This document shows positions 7,799 to 16,370 of a DNA stretch of 33,294 bases, one piece after another. Positions within the stretch are counted from its first letter, which is position 1. Every line of letters begins with the position of its first letter. The position numbers and the translations under genes are program-made. The notes under the pieces are model-generated. The model searched no databases. It saw nothing but the letters and a program-made list of their open reading frames with translations, and was not told the DNA's origin. The DNA comes from an uncultured Spirochaetaceae bacterium (GTDB lineage: Bacteria > Spirochaetota > Spirochaetia > B11-G9): positions 1 to 33,294 of the forward strand of contig CAYSXD010000002.1 of assembly GCA_964434925.1 (NCBI GenBank), written 5' to 3'.

Positions 7799-7866
7799 AA
7801 GATATAAAAAGTAATTTATAAGAAGCACGTTAACTATAATAATATGTTAAACAGTGAGGAGGTCTC

Positions 7867-10800
7867 TTGTACAAACCTGTTGATTCAAAACAAAATTTTC
7901 CTGAAATGGAAGAATTTATTCTTAAATTCTGGGAAGATAACGATATTTTTAAAAAATCAGTTTCACAGCGTGAAGGGAATGAGGAATTTGTATTTTATGA
8001 TGGCCCTCCTTTTGCTACGGGATTACCTCATTTTGGACATTTTGTCCCGGGAACAATAAAAGATATTATACCCCGTTTCCAAACAATGAAAGGGAAGAAG
8101 GTTGAACGAAGGTTTGGCTGGGATTGCCATGGATTGCCTGTTGAATATGAGATGGAAAAAGAACTGGGAATATCCGGAAAGTACCAGATAGAAAAATTCG
8201 GTGTAGCTAAATTTAATGAATCATGCCGGTCTATAGTTCTACGGTATACATCCGAATGGAAGAATATCGTTACAAGAATGGGTCGTTGGGTTGACTTTGA
8301 GCAAGACTATAAAACGATGGATCCCAATTATATGGAATCAATCTGGTGGATAATAAAACAACTTATGGAAAAGGGGCTGATGTATGAGGGTTTTAAGATT
8401 ATGCCTTACAGTCCCATCCTTTCCACGCCTTTATCAAATTTTGAAGTCAATCTTGGAGGGTATCAGGATGTTACTGATCCGGCTGTTACCGTAAAGTTTA
8501 AAGTTAAAAATGAAAGTTCGACCTATTTCCTTGCATGGACAACTACACCATGGACACTCCCTTCAAATCTGGGTCTTGCTCTTGGGCCGGAAGTTTTATA
8601 TGTAAAAATAAAAGACGGTAACGAAATCTATATCATGGCAAAAGATCGGCTGGCCGCGTACTACAAAAGCCCGGAGGATTATAATATCATTACTGAAATG
8701 ACAGGTAACGAACTAAAAGGAATTCAGTATGAACCGCTTTTTCCTTATTTTGAAAACCTTGCCGGACGGAATGCCTTCAGAACACTTGTTGCTGATTATG
8801 TAACAACAGAAGATGGTACAGGCATTGTTCATACCGCGCCGGGGTTTGGTGAAGAAGATTATAATGCGATGAAAGATTCCGGTGTACCAATAGTGTGCCC
8901 CATTGATGCGGAATGTAAATTCACCGATGAAATACCTGAATACAAGGGGCTGTTTGTAAAAGATGCTGATAAAGCGATCATTAAAAGGTTAAAGGATGAG
9001 GGAAAACTTGTAAAACGTGAAAATTACAAACATAGCTATCCTTTCTGCTACCGTACAAAGAAACCTCTTATCTATCGGGCTATTTCATGCTGGTTTGTTG
9101 ATATTGGAAAGGTTAAGGAAAAAATGCTGAAGGCCAATGACCAGGTAAACTGGATCCCTGAGCATTTAAAAAAAGGACGTTTCGGAAAATGGCTCGAGGG
9201 AGCCAGGGACTGGGCAATAAGCAGAAACAGGTACTGGGGAAATCCAATTCCAATCTGGAAAAGTGACGGGTCTGATCACATTGAAGTAATTGGATCCAGA
9301 GAAGAACTTGAGAAAAAATCAGGTGTACAAGTTCCTGATCTTCATAAACATTTTGTCGATGACCTAACGTGGCCAAGCCCTGATGGGAAAGGTACTATGC
9401 GTAGGATTCCCGATGTTCTTGATTGCTGGTTTGAATCGGGATCAATGCCATACGCCCAGATTCACTATCCCTTTGAAAACAAAGAATGGTTTGAAAAACA
9501 TTTTCCGGCTGATTTTATATGTGAAGGGCTTGATCAGACACGCGGCTGGTTTTATACCCTTACAATACTGGCGGCGGCTCTGTTTGATAAACCTGCTTTT
9601 AAAAATGTTGTCGTTAATGGACTTGTCCTGGCGGAAGACGGTAAGAAAATGTCAAAGTCAGAACGAAATTTTTCTGATCCTGTTAAAGTTATTAACCAGT
9701 ACGGAGCGGATGCTCTTCGAATGTTTCTGATGAATTCCGCTGTCGTGAAAGCGGAAGACTTAAAATTTTCGGATGATGGGGTAAAAGACGTACTGAAAAG
9801 TTTTATCATCCCTTTCTGGAATGCGTACAGTTTTTTTGTTACATACGCGAATATTGATAATTTTACTCCTTCCGGTATTGGTGACACCCCTGAGAATCCA
9901 CTGGACAGATGGATCCTCTCTGAATCTGAAAATCTCATTTCCGGGGTAACTGAAAATCTTGAGCATTATGATCTTAATAGAGCAATCGTTCCCATTGTGC
10001 GGTTCATTGACCTTCTTAATAACTGGTATATCAGACGTTCACGGCGGCGTTTTTGGCGTTCGGAGAATGATATTGATAAACTTCAGGCTTATGAAACACT
10101 TTATGCTGTTATTATGAAGGTTATTCATGTTGCTGCCCCTTTTATACCGTTTATGACGGAAGAGATTTATCAGAATTTGCGTACTTCTGCCATGCCGGTA
10201 TCAATTCATCTGGCAGATTATCCTACAGCTGATGATTCTGTCCGTGATCTTGATCTTGAGAAAAAAATGGAAATAACCCGTAAGGCAGTTTCCATGGGCA
10301 GAGCACTACGCAGTGTTCATTCCCTCAAGATACGTCAGCCATTGAAAGCAATATATCTGGTAACACGAGATACGGAGGAGAGAAGGATCCTCCGCGAAAT
10401 GGAAGATATTATTCGGGAAGAGCTTAATGTCAAAGAGGTTCTGTTTAAAGAAAATGAGGAAGATCTTGTTGTGTATAAAGCCAAAGCAAATTTTAAAGTG
10501 CTTGGTAAAAAACTAGGTAAGGAGATGAAAACCGCAGCAAAAAAAATTGAGACTCTTTCGATGGATGAAATACAGTCAATTCTGGAAGGTTCTGTTCTAC
10601 ATCTTGATTTTGAAAACAACAGTGTGGATCTAACTGAGGAAAGTATTATTGTTCAGCGGTTCGAAAAAGAAAACATGAAGGTCCTTAATGAAGGCTCATT
10701 AACCGTTGCTCTTGACAGTGAAATAACCGAAGACTTATTTAAAGAGGGTATTGTACGTGATGTAATTCGTAGTATACAAAAGTTAAGAAAAGACAGAGGG

Positions 10801-10989
10801 CTTGAAGTAACAGATCGAATAATCCTCTATATAGATGGTCCCGGCAGATTAAAGGATGCCGTAGAAAATTTTGAAGAGCATCTTCTTAAGGAAATTCTTG
10901 GAGAGTCAATAATCTGGACAAAGAAGAATTCTTCCATGGAAGTTGATTGCGGATCAGATGTTTGTTTTATAGATCTTGAAAAAAAATAG
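7867..10989 (+). CDS. ileS: isoleucine--tRNA ligase, long type-2 form
   Basis: 1040 aa with PHFGHF (HIGH) and KMSKS motifs and a typical N-terminus YKPV...NFPEMEE.ILKFW. TTG start at 7867 follows GAGGAGG at 7855-7861. Confidence 0.95.
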   Translation: MYKPVDSKQNFPEMEEFILKFWEDNDIFKKSVSQREGNEEFVFYDGPPFATGLPHFGHFVPGTIKDIIPRFQTMKGKKVERRFGWDCHGLPVEYEMEKELGISGKYQIEKFGVAKFNESCRSIVLRYTSEWKNIVTRMGRWVDFEQDYKTMDPNYMESIWWIIKQLMEKGLMYEGFKIMPYSPILSTPLSNFEVNLGGYQDVTDPAVTVKFKVKNESSTYFLAWTTTPWTLPSNLGLALGPEVLYVKIKDGNEIYIMAKDRLAAYYKSPEDYNIITEMTGNELKGIQYEPLFPYFENLAGRNAFRTLVADYVTTEDGTGIVHTAPGFGEEDYNAMKDSGVPIVCPIDAECKFTDEIPEYKGLFVKDADKAIIKRLKDEGKLVKRENYKHSYPFCYRTKKPLIYRAISCWFVDIGKVKEKMLKANDQVNWIPEHLKKGRFGKWLEGARDWAISRNRYWGNPIPIWKSDGSDHIEVIGSREELEKKSGVQVPDLHKHFVDDLTWPSPDGKGTMRRIPDVLDCWFESGSMPYAQIHYPFENKEWFEKHFPADFICEGLDQTRGWFYTLTILAAALFDKPAFKNVVVNGLVLAEDGKKMSKSERNFSDPVKVINQYGADALRMFLMNSAVVKAEDLKFSDDGVKDVLKSFIIPFWNAYSFFVTYANIDNFTPSGIGDTPENPLDRWILSESENLISGVTENLEHYDLNRAIVPIVRFIDLLNNWYIRRSRRRFWRSENDIDKLQAYETLYAVIMKVIHVAAPFIPFMTEEIYQNLRTSAMPVSIHLADYPTADDSVRDLDLEKKMEITRKAVSMGRALRSVHSLKIRQPLKAIYLVTRDTEERRILREMEDIIREELNVKEVLFKENEEDLVVYKAKANFKVLGKKLGKEMKTAAKKIETLSMDEIQSILEGSVLHLDFENNSVDLTEESIIVQRFEKENMKVLNEGSLTVALDSEITEDLFKEGIVRDVIRSIQKLRKDRGLEVTDRIILYIDGPGRLKDAVENFEEHLLKEILGESIIWTKKNSSMEVDCGSDVCFIDLEKK

Positions 10990-10999
10990 AGGTTTAGTA

Positions 11000-11920
11000 A
11001 TGATTTTTACTCTTTTATCAGGAAGAGTAAGGGGAATATTTGTCTTCCTGCTATATGTATTGACGTTTTTACTTGTATTTTCAGGGTGTCAAACGGCTCC
11101 CCAAAACACAATAAAGGACTATCCGTCTCTCATAGCAGAGAAGGGTGATCTGTTAGTATTTTTTAATCTTAAAAAAGATAAAAAACTTGTGCAGGCGTAT
11201 GTTGCAGAAAATAAAAGCACTGAAAACCTTTCCCCTCTGCTGGATAGAACTGAATTTATTTCTTTTTCTTTTAAACCGCATCCTCCAAACAGGTACACGG
11301 CAGTTGCTACGGGAAGGTATCCTGTAAATTTATCGAATATGCTTATAGGTAGTAATTCTTCCTGGATTAAGCATAAAGACACGTATGTGTGGTGGGTAAA
11401 ACGTGATGATCACATGGAAATCTCAATTCCAATACGTAACCTCGCTGTATTTTCATCGGAATCCGTCATACCTGTTCTTTTAAAATTAAAAACAGGTGAA
11501 CGGGGATATATTCCGGAATCCTTTAAACTAAAAATGGGAGAAAGTGCCGTCAGTGTCTATTCCAGATATCCTGATCCCATGTTCTTTACGTTCTTTGGTA
11601 TAAATTCCTCTTCTATACATGTTGAAGAAATTGAACTTTTTCTTGTTAATACTTCCAAAAGTACCATAGACAACCCCCTGTATAAAGTGTGGGGTTCTTT
11701 ACATTTTGAGGATGCAATAAAGGCCAAAATATTCAATACGGGATTAAAATTAGCGCTTCTTACCATGGCGATAAAAGAGGGCAATACGTCTGTTAAAACA
11801 CTTATAAAATCGAAACCGTTTACGCTGCAGGAGAACAGTGTAATTTTTAATGGAGTTCCTTTTACCCTGACGGATATAATGGAGTTTATTCGGGCCAATC
11901 ATAGTCAGGTGGGGGAATAA
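11000..11920 (+). CDS. hypothetical lipoprotein
   Basis: MIFTLLSGRVRGIFVFLLYVLTFLLVFSGC|QTAP has a signal peptide and lipobox. ATG 11000 is 7 nt after GAGG; the track start TTG 10976 overlaps the ileS end. The stop abuts the hisH ATG (TAAATG). Confidence 0.7.
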   Translation: MIFTLLSGRVRGIFVFLLYVLTFLLVFSGCQTAPQNTIKDYPSLIAEKGDLLVFFNLKKDKKLVQAYVAENKSTENLSPLLDRTEFISFSFKPHPPNRYTAVATGRYPVNLSNMLIGSNSSWIKHKDTYVWWVKRDDHMEISIPIRNLAVFSSESVIPVLLKLKTGERGYIPESFKLKMGESAVSVYSRYPDPMFFTFFGINSSSIHVEEIELFLVNTSKSTIDNPLYKVWGSLHFEDAIKAKIFNTGLKLALLTMAIKEGNTSVKTLIKSKPFTLQENSVIFNGVPFTLTDIMEFIRANHSQVGE

Positions 11921-12526
11921 ATGAAAATAGGGGTTGTTGATTATGAAGCGGGAAACCTGAAAAGTATTGAGACAGCATTAAAATATTTAAAAAGCGATTT
12001 TATTATATCCAATGAACCCGCGGAATTGTCTAACTGCGGAAAAATATTGTTTCCGGGGGTAGGTGAGGCTCAATCCGCTATGAAGGTTCTTGCAGCAACG
12101 GGGCTTGGAAAATTTTTGAAAAGCTGCTTTCTTTCGGAAGTACCTGTTTTTGGTATTTGTCTTGGGTGCCATATAGTTCTTGATTTCTCCGAAGAACGGA
12201 ATACTTCGTGTCTGGGTCTTGTCCCCGGGAAAACAGTACATTTTCCACAAAACACAGGTTTTAAAATTCCCCATATGGGCTGGAACCAGGTTGAAATAAA
12301 GAGGCCCCATTATATTTTTAATAACGTTCCTGACGGGAGTTCCTTTTACTTTGTTCATTCTTATTATCCTGTACCTCAGTATTCAGGTGATGTCCTGGCG
12401 GAAACAGATTACAATGGTGCATTCTGTTCTGCCTTTCAGAGAAATAATCTTGTTGCAGTTCAGTTTCATCCGGAGAAATCCGGTGAGGCAGGATTAATAA
12501 TATTGAAGAATTTTATTACTTATTAA
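11921..12526 (+). CDS. hisH: imidazole glycerol phosphate synthase, glutamine amidotransferase subunit
   Basis: Class I GATase with VFGICLG (catalytic Cys) and VQFHPEKSG (His/Glu). The N-terminus MKIGVVDYEAGNLKS and 201-aa size are typical of HisH. Confidence 0.9.
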   Translation: MKIGVVDYEAGNLKSIETALKYLKSDFIISNEPAELSNCGKILFPGVGEAQSAMKVLAATGLGKFLKSCFLSEVPVFGICLGCHIVLDFSEERNTSCLGLVPGKTVHFPQNTGFKIPHMGWNQVEIKRPHYIFNNVPDGSSFYFVHSYYPVPQYSGDVLAETDYNGAFCSAFQRNNLVAVQFHPEKSGEAGLIILKNFITY

Positions 12527-12536
12527 ATGAGGGACT

Positions 12537-13301
12537 ATGCTTCAGAAACGTATTATTGTGTGTCTTGATGTTCGTAATGGCCATACGACAAAAGGTATAA
12601 AGTTTAAGGGAAATATTGATATTGGTGATCCTGCCTCTATGGCCGAATTGTACTATAACCAGGGTGTTGATGAACTTGTTTTTTATGATATAACAGCCTC
12701 AAGTGAAAAAAGAGGGATTATGATAGATATTGTTCAAAAAGTTGCTGAAAGAATATTTATTCCGTTTTCTGTCGGCGGAGGTATTGGGTCTCTTGATGAT
12801 ATGAAAAAGGTTATTATGGCAGGAGCTGAAAAAGTCAGTGTAAACAGTCTCGCGGTAAAAAATCCCACGATAATTACCGAGGGTGCTTCCCATTTCGGGA
12901 GCCAATGCATAGTAGTCGGGATGGATGTGAAGAAGGATACTGCATACGATTCAGGATACAGAATTATAATTAATGGAGGACGTACACCTGTTGATCTTGA
13001 TGCACTAGCCTGGGCAAAAGAGGTTGAAAAACGTGGAGCCGGTGAGATTGTTTTAAATTCAATAGACGCGGATGGTACAAAAGACGGATATGAAATAGAT
13101 CTTACCCGTATGATATCCCAGGCGGTCAGTATTCCCGTTGTCGCGTCTGGCGGAGCTGGTAAACCGGAACATCTTATTGAAGTTTTCAATGAAGGCAAAG
13201 CTGACGCGGCTCTTATTGCTTCAATGGTACATATAGACGGGTATACGGTAGGAGCTGTTAAAAAAGCAATTGACAATGCCGGAATACCGGTTAGATTGTA
13301 A
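12537..13301 (+). CDS. hisF: imidazole glycerol phosphate synthase, cyclase subunit
   Basis: [11 protein letters not shown]...KG..F....DIGDP...A..Y...[13 protein letters not shown]...VGGGI...[12 protein letters not shown]...VVASGGAG is the canonical HisF (beta/alpha)8 pattern. Confidence 0.95.
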   Translation: MLQKRIIVCLDVRNGHTTKGIKFKGNIDIGDPASMAELYYNQGVDELVFYDITASSEKRGIMIDIVQKVAERIFIPFSVGGGIGSLDDMKKVIMAGAEKVSVNSLAVKNPTIITEGASHFGSQCIVVGMDVKKDTAYDSGYRIIINGGRTPVDLDALAWAKEVEKRGAGEIVLNSIDADGTKDGYEIDLTRMISQAVSIPVVASGGAGKPEHLIEVFNEGKADAALIASMVHIDGYTVGAVKKAIDNAGIPVRL

Positions 13302-13384
13302 TTTTCTTCTTGCAATTCCCCTGTATAATTATATATAGTGGCTGTAAAGAAATTAAACAACTCGTAGAGCGGAGAGAGTGTTGT

Positions 13385-13681
13385 ATGCCGACGTATGATT
13401 ATGAGTGTACTGAATGCGGGTACTCTTTTGAGTATTTTCAATCCATGTCAGATGAACCATTAAAAAAATGCCCCGAATGCAATGGAAAGGTTCGCAGACT
13501 TATTGGTGGTGGATTGGGAGTGATTTTTAAAGGGAGCGGATTTTATGTTACAGATAATAAGAAAGAGAAAAGTCCTCCCAGTTCTGCCGGAAAAAAATCC
13601 GAAGGGGGAAATAAGCCCGCTTCAGAAAAAAAACCGGAAAGTAAAGCAGGCAAAAAAGAACCGGTAAAAACTACCACGTAA
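13385..13681 (+). CDS. FmdB-family zinc-ribbon protein (CxxC_CxxC_SSSS type)
   Basis: MPTYDYECTECGYSFEYFQSMSDEPLKKCPECNGKVRRLIGGG..., then a low-complexity Lys/Ser/Pro tail. ATG 13385 follows GGAGAGAG. The track ORF start (13310) has no support. Confidence 0.8.
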   Translation: MPTYDYECTECGYSFEYFQSMSDEPLKKCPECNGKVRRLIGGGLGVIFKGSGFYVTDNKKEKSPPSSAGKKSEGGNKPASEKKPESKAGKKEPVKTTT

Positions 13682-13686
13682 TTATT

Positions 13687-14853
13687 CTATGGTTTAAAAT
13701 AGATACGTTCACTTTTAGCTGCTGTTTCTTTCAGGAGTTCTTCAGCTTTTAAATCATTAAAAGACTGAATAAGTTTGTCTTTGTGAGGTTTTACCAGGGG
13801 ATGTTTCGGTGAAAAAATCGTGCAGCAGTCTTCAAAGGGAAGAATTGAAGTCTCATACGTATCAATTGCTTTCCCAATGCGGATAATTGATTCTTTATCC
13901 ATTCCGATCAATGGTCTGAAAATCGGTTTTTCAGTATAACTTCCCGTATAGGTAATACTTTCTACTGTTTGGCTGGCAACCTGACTGAGTGATTCTCCCG
14001 TTATAAGACAACCGTTGTCTCTCTGTGATGAGAGAATATCGGCAATTCTTACCATCCCCGCTCTCATTAGCAGCGTCACCTCTTCTGCTCTTGCTTTTTG
14101 ATTGAGGAGGAGTTGGAAATCTGTAAAAGGTACGACAAACAGGTTTATTCCCCCGGCAAACGGGGAAATTTTTGCGGTAAGTGTTTTAACTTTTTCCAGA
14201 GCTTCATCGGATGTATACGGGTAGGTGTGAAAGTATACTGCGTCAAGACGCAGACCTCTTTTAGCCATCAAATATCCTGCTACCGGTGAATCAATTCCTC
14301 CGGAAAGCAAAAGCATCCCTTTTCCCGCACTTCCTGTAGGCAGGCCGCCGGGGCCTTTATGCTGATTGCCATACACATACCCGTAATCCCTTATCTCGAT
14401 AGAGATAATCCAGGAGGGATGGTGAACATCCACAGACAGGCCGGGTATGGAATCAAGAAGGTATTCTCCGATTTTTGCTGAAATTTCATATGATGTGAGA
14501 GGGAAGCTTTTATCCACTCTGCGTGATTCAATCTTAAAAGTATTTCCCGCATTGTTATTTATTAACTCTTCCCCCAGTTTTAGTGCCCTTTGGCAGAGTG
14601 CCTCGATATTTTTATCTTCTTTGTATGCTACGGTAAAACCGGCAATCCCGGGAGTTGTTGCCAGAGCAGTTTCAATTGTTTTTTTATTATCTTTCGGACA
14701 TTCCAGAAAAAACCGCCCTTTTTGAATGGTAATATGTGTAGGAATTCCCGGTAATTTTCTTTTTATATTAAATTTAAGCTGCTTTTCAAAAGCTCCTCTG
14801 TTCCCTTTTTTTAATGTTAATTCACCTATTTTAATAAGATAGAGCACTGCCAT
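13687..14853 (-). CDS. thiI: tRNA 4-thiouridine synthase ThiI, short form without a rhodanese domain
   Basis: N-terminal ferredoxin-like/THUMP region, PP-loop LLLSGGIDSPVAGYLMAKRG, 388 aa. ATG 14853-14851 directly abuts the nifS stop (TAAATG). Confidence 0.9.
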   Translation of the reverse strand: MAVLYLIKIGELTLKKGNRGAFEKQLKFNIKRKLPGIPTHITIQKGRFFLECPKDNKKTIETALATTPGIAGFTVAYKEDKNIEALCQRALKLGEELINNNAGNTFKIESRRVDKSFPLTSYEISAKIGEYLLDSIPGLSVDVHHPSWIISIEIRDYGYVYGNQHKGPGGLPTGSAGKGMLLLSGGIDSPVAGYLMAKRGLRLDAVYFHTYPYTSDEALEKVKTLTAKISPFAGGINLFVVPFTDFQLLLNQKARAEEVTLLMRAGMVRIADILSSQRDNGCLITGESLSQVASQTVESITYTGSYTEKPIFRPLIGMDKESIIRIGKAIDTYETSILPFEDCCTIFSPKHPLVKPHKDKLIQSFNDLKAEELLKETAAKSERIYFKP

Positions 14854-16002
14854 TTATCTTCTCCTGAGTTTGTAAAGTTCATCCCTGATTGCCGCGCAAA
14901 ATAAATGAATGGTAGATTCCGTGGTAGGTAACCCTGTGGAAACACGATAAGAATTGAAAGCCTCCTCTTTTTTCAGTCCCATTGCTGTTAAAACTCTTGA
15001 TTTTTTAACCTTATTTCGGGATGAACAGGCTGATCCCGCTGAGATGGCAAATCCCCGGTCACTCATCATCCGGGTAAAAACTTCCCCGGGAAAATATTTT
15101 ATAGAAGCGTTGATTATAAAAGGAGATTGAAGAATGCCGGTTGTAAGGACATTAATTTCCGGTATTTTTTTATACTCGTTTAAAAGAACCGTTTTAATAT
15201 CTTTTGCATGTTCTATTCGCTCTTGAATGTTTGAAAAATATAACTCCAGAGCAGTAGTTAATCCATGGATACCGGGAATATTTTCGGTTCCGGGGCGAAT
15301 ACCCGATTCCTGTCCTCCTCCTGCTGACAATACGGGAAGAGGTTTTTTCGCGTAAAGCAATCCCACTCCACGAGGGCCTTCAATTTTATGGGCACTGAAT
15401 GCTGCAGAGTCAACATCAATATCCTCAAGGGAAAAGGTTATTTTTCCCAGAGCCTGAACGGCATCTGTATGTACATGAACAGGATGGTTTATTTCTCTTT
15501 CAAAGATCCGTACAGCCTGTGCAGTTTATTTTACCGGTTGAACGTTTCCAGTCTCGTTATTTACCATCATAATAATAACCGTAACGGTATCGGGTTGCAA
15601 CTTTGCAGATAGATAGCGGGGTAATATCACTCCATCGGTATCAGGATTTACAACAGTAACGGTGTACCCTGTCTTTTTAATCAGCTGAACATATTCGAAA
15701 AGGGAAGGGTGTTCTATTCCTGAAATTATAACATTACCCCGGGCTTTTCGCAAAAGTAATGAGTTCATAACAAGCGAATTCGATTCGGTCCCTCCGGAGG
15801 TAAAGTAAATCCGTCGGCTGTCTGTCTCCAGCAGGTCCGCGCATTTTTTTCTGTCCGACTCAAGAAAGAGCTTTGCATTTTTTCCGTCTTTATGAATTGA
15901 TGAAGGATTACCGGGTAACCTTTGGTACACATCAATCATTTCCTGAAGTACGTAATTATGAAGCGGTGTTGTAGCCGCCCAATCCAGATAGCCAATTTTC
16001 AT
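14854..16002 (-). pseudogene. nifS: class V cysteine desulfurase (NifS/NifZ/IscS-like) interrupted by one in-frame TAA at 15528-15526
   Basis: Track ORFs 15526-16002 and 14854-15366 share a frame (16002-15366=636=3x212). The stretch between them reads TAQAVRIFEREINHPVHVHTDAVQALGKITFSLEDIDVDSAAFSAHKIEGPRGVG, which holds the H.DAVQA and SxHK PLP-lysine motifs. The active-site loop SAGSACSS lies downstream. The only defect is the TAA after ...ETGNVQPVK. Confidence 0.8.
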
Positions 16003-16011
16003 ACACCCATC

Positions 16012-16027
16012 ATAGAATATCTTCTAT
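16012..16027. promoter_or_regulatory. 16-bp palindrome in the nifS/arsR divergent intergenic region; candidate operator
   Basis: ATAGAA-TATC-TTCTAT has perfect 6-bp arms and lies 10 nt upstream of the nifS ATG and about 50 nt upstream of arsR. Confidence 0.25.
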
Positions 16028-16072
16028 ATTTATTCCACAATATCCTTGAAAAAATGATGAATAAAGTATACG

Positions 16073-16092
16073 ATGAATGATTATGAATGATT
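16073..16092 (+). repeat. perfect 10-bp tandem duplication (ATGAATGATT x2) at the arsR translation start
   Basis: 16073-16082 is identical to 16083-16092. This creates ATGs at 16073, 16077, 16083 and 16087. The ATG at 16073 opens MNDYE*, while the one at 16083 opens MNDYVCC... Confidence 0.9.
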
Positions 16093-16370
16093 ATGTTTGT
16101 TGCAGTGGTATTTTGATTGACTCTTTTGCTGAAAAATTAAAAGTGTGCGGTCATCCTTTACGATTAAAGATATTGTGTCTCATTGAAAAAGAAGATGCGT
16201 GTGTTACCGAACTCTGGACGTGCCTTGATCAGTCGCAACCGGTAATTTCACAGCATCTGGCCGTACTTAAAGAAAAAGGTATAGTCTCTTCAAAAGTTCA
16301 GGGAAATAAACGTTTTTACTCCATTACTGATTTATTTGTTAAAGATTTAATAAATAGAATGGTTGGTTAA
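16077..16370 (+). CDS. ArsR/SmtB-family transcriptional regulator
   Basis: Winged-helix pattern HPLRLKILCLIEKEDACVTELWTCLDQSQPVISQHLAVLKEKGIVSSKVQGNKRFYSI. The start may be 16083 instead (see the duplication). The 3' end overlaps aroB by 8 nt. Confidence 0.85.
   Translation: MIMNDYVCCSGILIDSFAEKLKVCGHPLRLKILCLIEKEDACVTELWTCLDQSQPVISQHLAVLKEKGIVSSKVQGNKRFYSITDLFVKDLINRMVG

Noticed and set aside
7664-7828. 55-codon N-terminal extension of the flaB ORF given in the track (start 7828)
   Set aside because: Flagellin homology begins exactly at MIINHNMSA (ATG 7663), which has a strong AAGGAGG SD. The extension covers the promoter and leader and has no protein-like features.
7825-7852. dif-like (XerC/D) site: ATATGTTAAAC resembles the XerD arm TTATGTTAAAT
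   Set aside because: The corresponding left arm (GCACGTTAACT) does not match the XerC arm. The symmetry is weak (about 8 of 12) and the sequence is AT-rich promoter DNA containing a TATAAT box, so this is most likely coincidence.
12734-13441. 235-aa ORF antisense to hisF, the longest unexplained ORF in the track
   Set aside because: It lies entirely opposite the clearly canonical hisF. Its product is Ser/Pro/Thr/Ala-rich low-complexity sequence typical of the antisense frame of a conserved gene. It has no SD and no recognisable motif.
15526-15528. The in-frame stop in nifS as programmed recoding (selenocysteine, pyrrolysine or an alternative genetic code)
   Set aside because: The codon is TAA, not TGA (Sec) or TAG (Pyl). 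TAA is the ordinary stop of many genes in this same window (rnc, acpP, rpmF, hisH, hisF, nifS itself). I saw no SECIS-like or slippery element.
15388-15612. 74-aa + strand ORF spanning the gap between the two nifS fragments
   Set aside because: It is antisense to a continuous, motif-bearing desulfurase reading frame, so it is a by-product of the interrupted gene.
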